From Anaerotruncus sp. (GTDB lineage Bacteria; Bacillota; Clostridia; Oscillospirales; Acutalibacteraceae), in assembly GCA_022009795.1 (NCBI GenBank), contig CP091724.1:1925494-1989493 (forward strand): a stretch of DNA of 64,000 nucleotides, in the 5' to 3' direction. The notes under the pieces were generated by a model that saw nothing but the letters and a program-made list of their open reading frames with translations, made no database searches and was not told where the DNA came from. The position numbers and the translations under genes were made by a program. The stretch's first letter is position 1; each line of letters begins with the position of its first letter. Below are positions 11,978 to 24,258 of the stretch, one piece after another.

Positions 11978-12370
11978 ATGGCAGATTCGGTTATGTTGAA
12001 TATCGGTCCAAATTTTGATTTTAATGCATTTGCAGACAGGCTTGCGCAAATGTATGCTGCTCAAGGCTTTGCCGTAAGCGTTGCCGATATAAATAATGCA
12101 AAGGTTATCAAGTTTGAAAAGGAAACAGGCGGAATAAACACCGTGCTCGGCCTTGGAGTTGGAATAACAGCCACTTGCTCAATTTATAACGGCGTGCTTC
12201 AAATTATGTATACCGATGCGGAATGGAACAGTAAAATCATTGGCGGTTTGATTGGCTGGTTTGTGTGCCTTGTGCCCTTGATAACGGCCATAATCGGTGC
12301 GGTAAGGCAAAGCGATTTGCCGAAGAATATCGGCAGAGATGCAGGTATGATAGTTGCTCAAATGGGCTGA
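11978..12370 (+). CDS. Hypothetical membrane protein
   Basis: GAAAGG SD; C-terminal hydrophobic segment. Confidence 0.7.
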   Translation: MADSVMLNIGPNFDFNAFADRLAQMYAAQGFAVSVADINNAKVIKFEKETGGINTVLGLGVGITATCSIYNGVLQIMYTDAEWNSKIIGGLIGWFVCLVPLITAIIGAVRQSDLPKNIGRDAGMIVAQMG

Positions 12371-12432
12371 TGAAAAGATTGCGCCCGCTGCGGCTCGGCT
12401 TTTTAAGCTTTTTTAATTTAATACACAAAATT

Positions 12433-12467
12433 AAGCGCACCCGCGGATTGCCTCGGGTGCGCTTTTG
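12433..12467. terminator. Terminator between convergent genes
   Basis: AAGCGCACCCG...CGGGTGCGCTT hairpin. Confidence 0.65.
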
Positions 12468-12488
12468 TGTGCTGCTTTGAAAATTATG

Positions 12489-14314
12489 TTATTCAACGGT
12501 AACGGATTTTTGCAAGATTGCGCGGTTTGTCTATCGGCAGTCCGTTTGCATCTGCCACATAGTAAGCCAAAAGCTGAAGCGGAATAACCTCAATAAACGG
12601 GGTTAAAAACGGAATTGAATCCGGGTATGTTATCACCGTTTCAAACTGCGCCAAATTTTCTTTAAGGCTTTCGGGTGCAAAAACTATCACCTTTGCACCT
12701 CTTGCAATAACCTCAATAAGATTTGAAACCGTTTTCGGCAGCAAATCCTTGTTGCTTATCAGGCCGAAGCAAACAGTGCCTTTTTCAATCAGGCTTATCG
12801 TGCCGTGCTTCAGCTCGCTTGCGGGGCAGCCCACGCAGTCTATATAGCTTATCTCTTTAAGCTTCAGCGCGCCCTCAAGCGAAACTCCGTAATCGGCGTT
12901 GCGCCCAAGGAAAAAGCATTTATTCATATCCTTAATATCGGCGGCAAGCGCTTTGAGCGAATCGTTTTTTTGCAGCACACGCTCAATCTTTTTGGGCAAA
13001 AGTGTGCTCATATTAACGGCAATTTCACTGAAAACCTCAGTGCAGGCATTTCGTGCCCTTGCAATATAAAGGCAAAGCATGTTAAGCATTGCAAGCTGGC
13101 AGGAAAATGCCTTTGTGGTAGCAACGGCAATTTCTGCACCCGCTTTTGTAAGCAGATTGTAATCGCTCATTTTTGCGATGGAGCTTTCGGGCACGTTAAC
13201 AATGCTTATCGTTTTTGCGCCGCTTTCCTTTGCCTGCTTTAAAGCTGCAAGGCTGTCGGCCGTTTCGCCGCTTTGGCTCATTATTATAACAAGGCAGTTT
13301 TCGTCAATAACAGGGTCTTCATATCTGAATTCACCGGCGTATTCGGCAAAGGTGGGCACGCCCGCGATTTTTTCAAAATTGTATTTTGCAATCAGCCCCA
13401 CATGGTATGCAGAACCGCAGCCGACTATATAAATGCGGTTAATGCTTTTTATATCGTCGTCCGTAAAGGGCATGTTTTCAAGCACCACATCGCCGTCACG
13501 CGTGACGGAATTTATCGTCTCGCGCACAACCGCCGGCTCTTCGAAAATTTCTTTAAGCATAAAGTGCGGAAAAATCGCCCTTGCTCGCCGCTCTTTTGCT
13601 CAATTCAATCGTTTTTTTGTTTCTTTTGCCGTTTCTGCAAAGTTTTTTTATCGTAAACGGTGATTGAATCTTTTGTGATTTTTTTGCGGTCTCTCCGTCT
13701 TCAAGATAAATTGCGTTATTTGTGTGCGCCAAAAGAGGATTGATGTCCGATGCAATAAAGTTTTCACCGTTACCCTTGCCTATAATCAGCGGTGAGCCGT
13801 TCTTTGCGCAGTAAAGCGTGTTTTCATCATCTGTGCAGATTATTCCAAGCGCATAAGAGCCTTCCAAAAGGCGCAGCGTTTTTTTGATTGCCTCAAGCAC
13901 ATCTCCCGAATAGTTTAATTCAAGCAGCTTGGGCACAACCTCCGTGTCGGTGTCGCTGACAAAGGAAACGCCGCTCATTTCAAGGCTTTCTCTAATCTCT
14001 TTGTAATTTTCTATAATTCCGTTGTGCACCACGGCAAAATGCTTGCTGCAATGCGGATGGGCATTCGTTTCGTTTGCCTTGCCGTGAGTTGCCCACCTTG
14101 TGTGCCCTATTCCGAGCTTTCCGTAAGGAGGCTGCTTTTTGATTTTTGCCTCAAGGTTTTTAATTTCGCCTTTTGCCTTAACAACGGCAAGCTTGTGCAT
14201 ATCAAGCACTGCAATGCCGCCGCTGTCGTAGCCTCTGTATTCAAGCCCTTTAAGCCCTTTGATTAAAATTCCGGTTGCGTCGCTTTCGCCGATATAGCCT
14301 ATAATTCCGCACAT
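12489..14314 (-). CDS. glmS: Glutamine-fructose-6-phosphate transaminase, frameshifted
   Basis: MCGIIG, LEYRGYDS, GHTRWATHG, SQSGETAD, EGALKLKE, PRNLAKSVTVE. Confidence 0.97.
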
Positions 14315-14356
14315 ATCAAACACCTCAAATTTTTAATTTTTTATAAAAAAATGTGA

Positions 14357-14416
14357 ATATTGTCATATAATATGTCAATATAGCCTAAGTATAGCTAAGA
14401 CGATATAAAAAGTCAA
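14357..14416 (-). promoter_or_regulatory. glmS sigma-A promoter with a 25-bp palindrome at the start site
   Basis: TTGACT (14416-14411), 17 nt, TATACT (14393-14388); palindrome 14357-14381. Confidence 0.65.
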
Positions 14417-14424
14417 GCACGATT

Positions 14425-16601
14425 TTAATTTTGGTATTGCTGCTCTGAAAAGCGGTGAAGCTTTGCGGCAATAACGCTCATATCGTCTTCTTTCATATCT
14501 TTGGTTATGTTCAGTGCTTCGCGAAGCACGGCGTTTGCCGTTTCCTGCGCCGTCATATCCTCGCCGCCCGTCAGCAAAGCGGCAAGCCAGTTTCCGCCCG
14601 GGTCGGTTATGCCGTCGCTCACCATCAGCAGCAAATCGCCCTCGCCGAGCACAGCGGTGCGCTTTGCAAATTCGATTCCGCGCAAAATGCCCGCCGGCAT
14701 GGAAGATAGCTCGCATTTTGTGATTTTGCCGTTTTTGGCAATGTATGTTGGCGGTGCTCCCGCCTTAAAAATATCCGTTTTGCCTGTGAAAAGGTCTATG
14801 CACGAGCAGTCAAGCGTTGCAAGGCTTTCGTCGTTTGATTTCACAAGCAAGGCGGAATTAACAACTTTGAGCGCACTGTCAAAGCCGAAGCCTGCGGTCA
14901 GTAATTTTGAAAGCAGGCCGGCTCCCATTGCGCCGTCCAGCGCCGCTCTGCCGCCCTTGCCCATGCCGTCGCTGATTATAAGCACGCTGCGGCCCTTGCC
15001 GTCGTTCACGGCTCTGATGCAGTCGCCGCAAAGCCTGCCCTCGGCGCTGTGCTGGGCGAAGCCTATTTCAAGGCTGAAATTCGGCTTTTTCCGTAAAGGT
15101 TATCATCGAATATTCGCTGAAATGCGTTGCCGTGCATTTTTGAGAAAAATATCTGCCGCAAGCCTTTGAAATCGCAGTTTGCAGGGCTTTGCTTTTTAAA
15201 TTTTGATTCGCCGCCCGCGGTTAAAATTTCTATGCGTATTCTGCCGAATTTGTCCTCAATAACGGAAATGTTGCGCGGATAAATTTCATATTCGCTCAAA
15301 ATTCGCCTTATTTTTCCCGCGGCAATATTGTCAAAATGCTCTGCTTCGTCAAATTCCGTTGCCAAATCGGCAAGCATGTCGGAAATGGAAAAGAATTGAT
15401 CCGCCGCCACACGGCGTATTTCGTTTGTTTTTTCATTTATTATTTCGCGTGTTCGGTATTCTTCGGGGCTGAAATCGGCGCGGCTTGCCTGCGAATCGCG
15501 CTCGTTAATATCGTTTATCCGCTCGCGCACCTCGTTTACGCTTTCGCTTATGCAGCTCATTGCGCCGGAAGCAAATCTCAGCCGCATAACAAGGCTTTGG
15601 CGCAGGGAACCGTCGGGCGTTATGTCGGCACCGTCGTGGAAGAAAGAGCGTATTTTTTCGCTGAGAACTCTCGGCAGCACGGCAACGGCACCGCAGCCTA
15701 TCGCCGCCTCGGCAAAATAAGACGCATCTGCGCCGAATGCCACATTGAAAAGCGCAAACGAAAGCGTAAACGCGCCTGCGGTTGCCGGTGTGCCGAATTG
15801 GCAGAAAAAGGCATCCCAAAAGTGCCGAAAATCCGTATGCCCCGGTTAAAAAAACAGCGAATCCGCGCTTTGAAGCGAAAGCGCAAAACCGGCGGCAAGC
15901 GCCAGCATCAGACCCGAAAGCTCTGAATCGTATCGCACTACAATCAGCACCGCCGCCGCGGCAAGTGCACGCGCGGGGGATATGCCGAAAATTTCCGTTT
16001 GCGAAAGGCTCATCAAAAGCAAAGCTGCGGAAATTACTATGCACACGGTGTCAGAAAGAGGCAGGGATTTAAATCTGAGCCTGTTTAAGTTGCAATTGAG
16101 CGCTCGATAAAAGAAAAACGCACCGCCCGCACCTAAAATGCTCTCCGCTGCGGTAAGCGCAAAATCCGCGGTGCCGCCGCCGGTTTTAATGTCCGTCACA
16201 AGCCCGGTGGCAAGTAAGGCGAAAAAAAGCATATTGCCATCGGCAAAAAGCGGCTTGCTTTTTCGCCTGAGCAAAATCAAGCGCAAGCACTCCCAAAAAA
16301 ACGATAACCGCCGCCGCGGCATACCTTGCAAAAATATTGTGGCATAAAAAGCAGGCAGCCGAGCGCCGCGCCCGCTGCACTGTAAAAATAATTTTTGCGC
16401 TTGGAAACGGATATCAGCGCTATCGCAAAAGGTGCCGTTCCGCCAATCACTCGGCTTCTTGCAAGCAAAAGCGCCGCGGTAACATAAAGTGCCGCCTCCG
16501 CGCCGCGGCGCACGGCGGGCTGCCGAAACACCTGCTTTACCTCGCTTATTGTTTTTTTGCCGCTCTTTTTTTAAATTTTTTCCGCCGGCTTTGTTTTTCA
16601 T
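14425..16601 (-). CDS. spoIIE: Stage II sporulation protein E (PP2C phosphatase), frameshifted
   Basis: N-terminal TM bundle; C-terminal CGD, SDGMGKG, ATLD, KAGA, SDG, DDMSV. Confidence 0.85.
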
Positions 16602-16780
16602 ATTTTACACTTCCGTTTATATTTCACATTCGCTGAAAGTATAATATAAATGAAAGAAAAAAATTTTTGTCATAAATTATACGCGCTGCGCTTTCGGCAT
16701 AAAAAAACGGCCGTGCATCGAACATTCCTTTTTCGGAATATGCCGATTTTGCACAGCCGTGATTTAAAATGCTGATTTTG

Positions 16781-17464
16781 TTATTTTGCCTTTTTCTTTC
16801 TGTTTCGCAAAATTATCATAAATATCATGCCTGCGATGCCGCCTATGGCGTTCATCATCATATCCGTCATGGTATCCACAAGGCCGATATAGCCGTATTC
16901 GCCGTGGTATTTTGATAAATCAAACATCGCCGTTTCGTGGCCGGCTTTTGCAAGCTGCAAATTTGTGCCGTGAAGCGTGTCCATCAAAAACTCGTAAAAT
17001 TCCCAGCCAACGGCTATGGAAAGCGCAAACATAAGCCCGAACATTGCGGCGAGCGTGGCAGCGCATTTGCCTTTCTTGCGCTGAATAATGCAGGCAAAGT
17101 CATAGCCGAACGAGGCGCACACAAAGCCCGAAAGAATATGCATGAAATTATCAAACCAAGATATTTTGTCAAACAGGCCGAGATATGAGCCGAAAACGAT
17201 GCCGACAAAAATTATTATGCTCAGCAAGGTTTGCGAAAGCGGCGGCACGTCTTCAATAAACGAGCCGTTTCCGAAGGTTTGAAACATATCCCAAAGGTGG
17301 GTGAAAATAAAGCAAAAAACAGATTCAAAGCCCATAACAAGGTCGCCGTTTATAAAGGAATAAGCAGCGCAGCAAAGCAGCGCAATTCGTGTTATAATCC
17401 AAAAAAAGCAAGCTGCGCTTTGGGCACGGCTTTAACGGATAATTTTTTTATTTTTATATGCCAT
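16781..17464 (-). CDS. Membrane protein with putative metal-binding motifs (FDNFMH, WEFYEF, DTMTD)
   Basis: ORF 16781-17335 extended upstream across an indel. Confidence 0.7.
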
Positions 17465-17685
17465 TTTTTTAGCCCTTTCGATAAATAATAAACAAGAATA
17501 TAATAAAAACGGCGCAGTGTAAAAAGTCAAACCAAATATTGTGAATAATTTATTATGCGCGTTTTATTATCCTGTAAAGTTCTTAACAAAGAATAAAAAA
17601 ATTAAACAATTCGCTTGAAAAACAAGCGCTTTTTGTTTGTTATAATGCAAATTACTATCACAGAAATGAGGAATTCGCGTATATT

Positions 17686-19371
17686 ATGGAATACACATCA
17701 AAGTATAATGTAAGAACCACAATGTATCAGCAGTTTGAAAATGCTGCAACAGAAAGAACAACAAATCCTTGCCTTTACTATTATAACAACACACTCAGCT
17801 GGAATGAAACATCGGAGCTTGTTGATAAATGTGCGGCGGCGCTTGTTGCAAACGGTGTTAAAAAGGGCGACAGAGTTATCGTTTGCCTGCCGAATATGCC
17901 TCAGTGCGTTGCGGCTGTTTATGCAATCAACAAAATCGGTGCAATCAGCTTCAATGCTTCATCCGCTTTCCGTTAAATCAGAGGCGGATTACGCAATCAA
18001 TCTTGTTGGTGCCAAATTTGCATTTTGCTTTGATGTTTCGGAAAAATCCTTCCAAAATCATCCCGAACTCACGGTTGTTATGTGCAGAACGGCTCAGTAT
18101 TTCCCGAAAACGGTTTACGGCCTTGCCGCAAATATGATGTATAAAAAGAAAATCAAGGGCAAAACCGGCCCGGCAGAAAATGTTAAGAAGCTTATTGATT
18201 GGGCCGATTTCATGAAAGAGGGCGGCAATTATATAGCAGAGCACGGCGTTCCCGAAACGGAAACGGATTACACGGCTACCGCAGCTATTATGATGACCGG
18301 CGGCACAACGGGCAATCCCAAGGGCGTTATGCTTTCCTCCGAAAACATCAACAACCTTTCTTATGAGCTTGTTGATGTTGTTGAGGATACTCTCGGAATG
18401 GCCATTGATAAGGATAACGACGGAATGCTTACCGCGCTTCCCGTTTTCCACGGCTTCGGCTTTGCACTTTGCATGCATGTTTCAATGTGCGTTGGCATGG
18501 CTCAGGCTCTGTTCCCGGCGTTTGACGCAAAAATGTGCTCGCAGGCAATCAAAAAAATATCACCTTAATTATATTTTTCGGCGTGCCCGATTTCTTTGAA
18601 AAAGTATTTAAAGCAGGATATCTTGAGGGTATCGATATGAGCACCATGAAACTTATCGGCTCCGGCGGTGATGTTGTTCCTTATTCTCTCACCGAAAAAA
18701 TGGATAGACTTCTTAAAGAAAACGGCGCAAAGTGCCATTTCGTTTCCGGCTACGGCTTAACGGAATGTGTAACCGTTTGCACTTTCACCGATCCCCGCCG
18801 CGAGGCTCCTCAGGGCTGTATCGGCGTGCCGACCTATAATATTCAGGTAATGACGGTTAAACCCGGCACCACCGAGGAATGTAAGGGCGAGGACGGCGAG
18901 CTTTGCATCTACGGCCCAACAATCATGCAGGGCTATTGGAACGATCCCGAGGAAACCGCCAAGGTGCTCGTTAAGCATGACGACGGCAAGGTTTGGCTCC
19001 ACAGCGGCGATATGTGCTGTATTGACGAAAAAGGCGACATCTATTATCGTCAGCGCCTTAAGAGAGTATATAAAATCAGCGGCTATCTTGTTTATCCTTC
19101 GTTTATTGAAGAAACCTACAGATCAATGGCTGAGATTTATGATTGCTGCGTAATCGGCAAGGAAGACGGCGGCAAAACCATGCTTAAGCTCTTTGTTGTT
19201 AAAAAAATAAGAAATTTGCAAAAAGATGATGAGGAAGCTCTCACCGAAAAAAATCAAGCAGTTCGGCAAGCAAAAATCTTTCTAAATGGTCTCTCCCGAG
19301 AGAAATTGTTTATATAGATGAATTGCCGCGCACAAAGGTTGGCAAGGTTGATTTTTAAGGTGCTCAATTGA
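17686..19371 (+). CDS. Class I adenylate-forming enzyme (acyl-CoA synthetase), frameshifted
   Basis: TGGTTGNPKG, GYGLTE, LHSGD, LPRTKVGKVD. Confidence 0.9.
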
Positions 19372-19515
19372 TTTGTTTTTCAAATACTTTCCGCCGTGCA
19401 GAATTGTGCGGCGGATTTTTGCGCAAAAAAAGCAAAATTTAAACCGCTTCTCTTGCATATACATCCTTTGAATGATATACTCTTTAATATAAAGCAATAA
19501 GAATTCGGTGATATT

Positions 19516-20027
19516 ATGAAAGAAATAACAATCAGAGAATTAAAAAGGAAAATCCGGTTAAGCTTATCAGCGAGGATTGGGCGTTGCTTACTGTTAAGGA
19601 TGCCGAAAAAAAGGCTCTTGCAATCCCATGACGGTTTCATGGGGCGGTGTAGGCGAGCTTTGGGGCGCCGATATGGCAACGATTTATGTGCGTGAAAGCA
19701 GATACACAAAAACTCTTCTTGATAATGAAGATTATTTTTCTCTTTGCTTTTTCGGCGGCAAGCAAAAGGAAGCATTGTCGTTTTGCGGCTCAAAAAGCGG
19801 CAGGGATTACGATAAAGTTAAGGAAACCGGCTTAACGCCCGTTTATGCGGAAGATGCCCCTTATTTCAAAGAGGCTGAAATTGTGCTTGTCTGCCGTAAA
19901 AAAGCCAGAACTTTTCTTGGAGAGGATAGCTTCCTTGATGAAAATATTATGAAAAAAATGGTATTCCGATCATAATATGCATTATATCTATTTCGGAGAA
20001 ATAGAAAAGGTATTGATTTCGGAATAA
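19516..20027 (+). CDS. Flavin reductase family (flavoredoxin-like) protein, frameshifted
   Basis: MTVSWGG, YVRESRYT, CGSKSGRDYDK. Confidence 0.85.
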
Positions 20028-20090
20028 TTTTTAGTATATAATATATAGGCAATTAAGTCGGCGAAGTTAAACGCCGTGCGCCGGTAAACA

Positions 20091-20233
20091 GGCGGTTGCA
20101 TTTTCGGCGTAGCGTATGGGCCCTGTGCGACGGGATGCTACGAACCTTGTCAGGCGGGGAACCGAGCAGCAATAAGTGGATTATTCTGTGCGCCGCAGAC
20201 AAGTCTGTACGCTACGCCGAGAGTGTAACCGTT
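20091..20233 (+). ncRNA. ffs: Signal recognition particle RNA
   Basis: Long hairpin with helix-8 variant TCAGGCGG-GGAA-CCGAGCAGC; typical position upstream of dnaX. Confidence 0.85.
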
Positions 20234-20262
20234 TTTATTTTTTTAAAAGGAGGGTGCGTTGT

Positions 20263-22058
20263 ATGTATCAAGTGCTATACAGAAAATACAGGCCAAAGGT
20301 TTTTGCGGATGTTTACGGCCAAGAGCATATAACATCCACCCTTATAAACGAAATTAAAGAGGGGCGTGTTTCCCACGCTTATCTTTTTACGGGCTCAAGA
20401 GGAACGGGCAAAACCACATGCGCTAAAATTTTGGCAAAGGCCGTTAATTGCGAGCATAATGAAAACGGCGAGCCGTGCAATGAATGCGAGATTTGCAAAG
20501 GGCTTGATGACGGCACCATTTATGATGTTGTTGAAATTGATGCCGCTTCTAACAACGGCGTTGATAATATCAGGGATCTGCGTGAGGAGGCAAACTATAC
20601 TCCGTCAAGAGGCAAATATCGTGTTTTCATAATTGATGAGGTGCATATGCTTTCAACGGGCGCTTTCAATGCTCTGCTTAAAACGCTTGAAGAGCCGCCT
20701 GAGCATGTTATTTTCATTCTTGCCACCACAGAGGTTCACAAGCTTCCGGCAACAATTCTTTCCCGCTGCCAAAGATTTGATTTTAAGCGAATTCAGCCCG
20801 AAACAATGGCAATCCGATTAAAGCAGGTTGCCGGCTTTGAAAATATGCGGCTTTCGGATGAGGCTGCAATACTCATTGCCAGAATTGCGGACGGCGGTAT
20901 GCGTGATGCGCTTTCAATTCTTGATCAATGCGCAGGCAGAAGTAAGGATATAGATGAAAAACTCGTTTCAGAGGTTGCAGGCATTGCGGGCAGGGAAGCG
21001 CTTTATGAGCTTTCGCAGGCGGTTGCCGCAAAAAGCAGCGGTGCTGCACTTGATATTATAGCAAAGCTTCATGCAAACAGCTATGATATGGAGCGCCTTT
21101 GCGTTGAAATGATAAATCATTATCGCAACTTCCTTATTGTTAAAACGGTTAATAAAAACAGAGGCTTGATCATCTGCACCGATGATGAATATAATTCGAT
21201 TTTATCAGGCGCGCAGGACTACACTCTGACGCAGGTTATATATGCACTGGATCTTTTTCAGGATACTCTTGTTAAAATTAAGGGCGGCGCAAATTCGAGA
21301 ATAGAAATGGAAATGAGCTTTATTAAGCTTTGCGAGCCAAAGCTTGATTCCTCCGTTGAATCAATTCTTTCAAGGCTTTCGCAGGTTGAAAATGCCGTTC
21401 GCCGCGGAATTTCCTCAGCGCCTCAAGGCCCGCAGGCTGCCGAAAGTGCTCACGCGCGGCAGGTGCCCGAACCGAAAAAAGAAACGGCTCAAAGCACAAA
21501 TAATCTTCCCGAGCAAAAGCCGCAGCCCGAGGATTTGCCGTGGAAAGAGGATTTTGATTCCGTTTCCGAAAAAGCGGCTACCGCAAAAGAAAACGCGGCA
21601 CAACACACTCCTTCAAACGAGGATTTGCCACCGGACATTTTCAATGCAGACGAAGCACCGCTTCCTCCCGAGCCTCCCGTTCACAGAGCCGAGCCGACAC
21701 CGCCGGCGCAAAGTCATGCTCCCGCTCAAAACGGCGATCAGGTTCTTTTTGACGGTTGGGCGGAATTTATGGATGAAATCTATAAAAAAAGATATCGCGA
21801 TTTACGGTGTGCTCAACGGCTCTCGCGGATATGTCAGGGGCGAATATTTTCTGATAGACGGTAAAAACCCAACGCTCAGGCAGTTTATAAAAATTCCAAC
21901 ACATTCAAAGGCAATTAAGCAGGCTCTTTATGATGTTACGGGAATCAATTATAAATTGGGTTTGATAAAAAGCAATGCCGAAGCCAAGGTCAAAAAGGGA
22001 TCCTCTTGAGGATTTGATTTCCAAGGCAAGCGGTAATATTAATATAGAAGTGGATTGA
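20263..22058 (+). CDS. dnaX: DNA polymerase III gamma/tau
   Basis: LYRKYRP, GSRGTGKTT, DEVHML, SRC; Pro-rich linker; C-terminus after indels. Confidence 0.97.
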
Positions 22059-22161
22059 AAAAAATAATATCGGCAGGCAATTAAATTGCTTGTTTAAACG
22101 CATAATGCGGCCACGGCAGAATGCGCAAAAATAAATTCATCGTGGCAGGAAAGGCATAATT

Positions 22162-22506
22162 ATGAAAGCAAGACTTCCAAAGGGAATGGGCGGCGGCCCG
22201 CAAAATATGCAGGCGATGCTTAAGCAGGCTCAGCAGATGCAGGCGGATATAGAAACAAAAAAGGCCGAGCTTGAAGAAAAAGAATATGTTGTTTCTTCCG
22301 GCGGCGGTATGATAGAGGTAACGGTAACCGGTAAAAGAGAAGTTAAGGCAATCGGCATCAATCCCGAGGTTGTTGATCCCGAGGATGTTGAAATGCTGGA
22401 GGATCTTTTGATTGCGGCGCTTAATGAAGCAATGAGAAAGATTGATGAAGAAGAGGAAAGAGAACTCTCCTCCGTAACGGGCGGCCTCAATATTCCCGGA
22501 CTTTAA
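22162..22506 (+). CDS. ybaB: YbaB/EbfC nucleoid-associated protein
   Basis: QAQQMQ...DPEDVEMLEDLL; dnaX-ybaB-recR synteny. Confidence 0.95.
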   Translation: MKARLPKGMGGGPQNMQAMLKQAQQMQADIETKKAELEEKEYVVSSGGGMIEVTVTGKREVKAIGINPEVVDPEDVEMLEDLLIAALNEAMRKIDEEEERELSSVTGGLNIPGL

Positions 22507-22575
22507 TTTTTTGCCGCGCTGCGGCTTGTAAAATCAAAAAAATCAGGCAATAATTTAAGTTGTAAGGTGTTAACA

Positions 22576-23174
22576 ATGGCATATAATCTTGCGCCGCTTC
22601 AAAATTTAATAGAGCAGTTTGAGCGCATGCAGGGTATTGGGCATAAAACCGCCCAAAGAATGGCCTTTTATGTGCTCGATTTAAGCGATGAGGATGCCAA
22701 ACGCTTTGCACAGGCAATCACCGATGCCCACACAAAAATCAGGCAGTGCAAATATGCTGTGATTTGGCGGATGATGAGCTTTGCCCTATCTGCAAAAGCG
22801 AAACCCGCGATAAAAGCGTGATTTGCGTTGTGGAAGATCCCCGTGATGTTGCCGCAATTGAGCGCACCCATGAATATAACGGCACTTATCATGTGCTTCA
22901 CGGCGCAATTTCGCCGATGAATAATATCGGCCCCGATCAAATCAAAATCAAAGAGCTGCTTGCCCGCCTTAATGACGGCGTGGTTGAGGAGGTTATAATG
23001 GCAACCAACCCAACTGTTGAGGGCGAGGCAACGGCAATGTATATAGGCAGGCTGCTGAAGCCCATGGGTATCACCGTTTCAAGGCTTGCTTACGGCGTGC
23101 CTGTAGGCGCAGATCTTGAGTATGCGGATGAGGTTACATTGTCTCGCGCGCTGGAAGGCCGCAGCCTGATTTAA
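22576..23174 (+). CDS. recR: Recombination mediator RecR, frameshifted
   Basis: [10 protein letters not shown]4 zinc finger, [12 protein letters not shown]. Confidence 0.95.
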
Positions 23175-23255
23175 TTCGGCGGGAATTTAACTGCAATATG
23201 CAAAATTTTCGCACAAACGCGGAATTTTGCTTGTTTAAAGAAAAGGAGCAAGGCA

Positions 23256-23730
23256 GTGGAAAAACAAAACAGCGGCTTTCTGCCCATAGCTTCAAACAGA
23301 AAAGCATATCACGATTATTTCGTGCTTGAAACGTATGAGGCCGGCATAGAGCTTTACGGAACAGAGATTAAATCAATCCGCGGCGGCAGGGTTAATCTTA
23401 AGGATTCGTTTTGCAGTGTTGATAACGGCGAAATGTTTGTTATCGGAATGCATATATCACCTTATGAGCATGGCAATATTTTTAACCGTGATCCGATGCG
23501 CAAGAAAAAGCTTTTGATGCATAAAAAAGAAATAATAAAGCTTTTCACTCAAAATCAGCAACAGGGCTTAAGCATAATTCCTCTTAAGCTTTATATAAAA
23601 AAAGGCCGCGCAAAGCTTGAAATCGGGCTTTTGCAAGGGCAAAAAGCTGCATGATAAGCGCAATGTTGCCGCAGAAAAAGAGGCAAATCGCAGCATAGAG
23701 CGCGCACTAAAGGAACGCAGCAAATATTAA
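23256..23730 (+). CDS. smpB: SsrA-binding protein
   Basis: [21 protein letters not shown]; tail after indel. Confidence 0.95.
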
Positions 23731-23740
23731 AATTTAATAT

Positions 23741-24092
23741 GGGGATGAAAGGATTTCGACGGGGTTGTTGAACCTTGGTCAGCGAGTAGCGGAGTTGCAC
23801 CGCTTTAAAAGTAACACTTTAAAATTAACTGACAATAACAGATCAGTAGCTCTTGCTGCTTAATTAGCGGCTTGCGTTCTGCCGGAGAGTGCCACGGCTC
23901 CGAACAGAGCGTCGATTTAGTGGCGAACATGAATGGAAGAGCGCCTTGGCTTCCGTCAGGTATAAAAGGCTACCGATGCCGATAGGCTGTTTGTTGCCGC
24001 TCGGTTTGGGGAATCCTAAATAATAAACTACACTCGTAGAGCCCTTGGCAAGATGATTTCGGACGCGGTTTCGATTACCGCCATCTCCACCA
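23741..24092 (+). ncRNA. ssrA: tmRNA; tag (A)DNNRSVALAA at 23831-23863
   Basis: 5' GGGGATG pairs with 3' CATCTCCACCA; T-arm GCGGT-TTCGATT-ACCGC; ALAA tag; adjacent to smpB. Confidence 0.95.
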
Positions 24093-24097
24093 CTTTT

Positions 24098-24133
24098 AGC
24101 CTTTTGAGCAGTAATGTTCAAAAGGCTTTATTT
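24098..24133 (+). terminator. Terminator after ssrA
   Basis: AGCCTTTTGAGC...GTTCAAAAGGCT hairpin. Confidence 0.7.
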
Positions 24134-24206
24134 ACGCCGAAAGCCGCATAAATAAGGGAATTTCACGATATGACGCACTTTCTTCAAAACTGACACAACC
24201 TCATAT

Positions 24207-24251
24207 AAATTACTCATAAAATTAATCATAAAGGGGTAGATTTTTGGGGTA
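24207..24251. repeat. Direct repeats resembling att arm-type sites
   Basis: AAATTACTCATA/AAATTAATCATA tandem (24207-24230); GGGGTA at 24233 and 24246. Confidence 0.45.
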
Positions 24252-24258
24252 CCGAAAA

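Noticed and set aside
21781..21793. AAAAAAAG in dnaX as an E. coli-like programmed -1 frameshift
   Set aside because: The C-terminal domain continues in the +1 frame (one extra A), matching the general error pattern.
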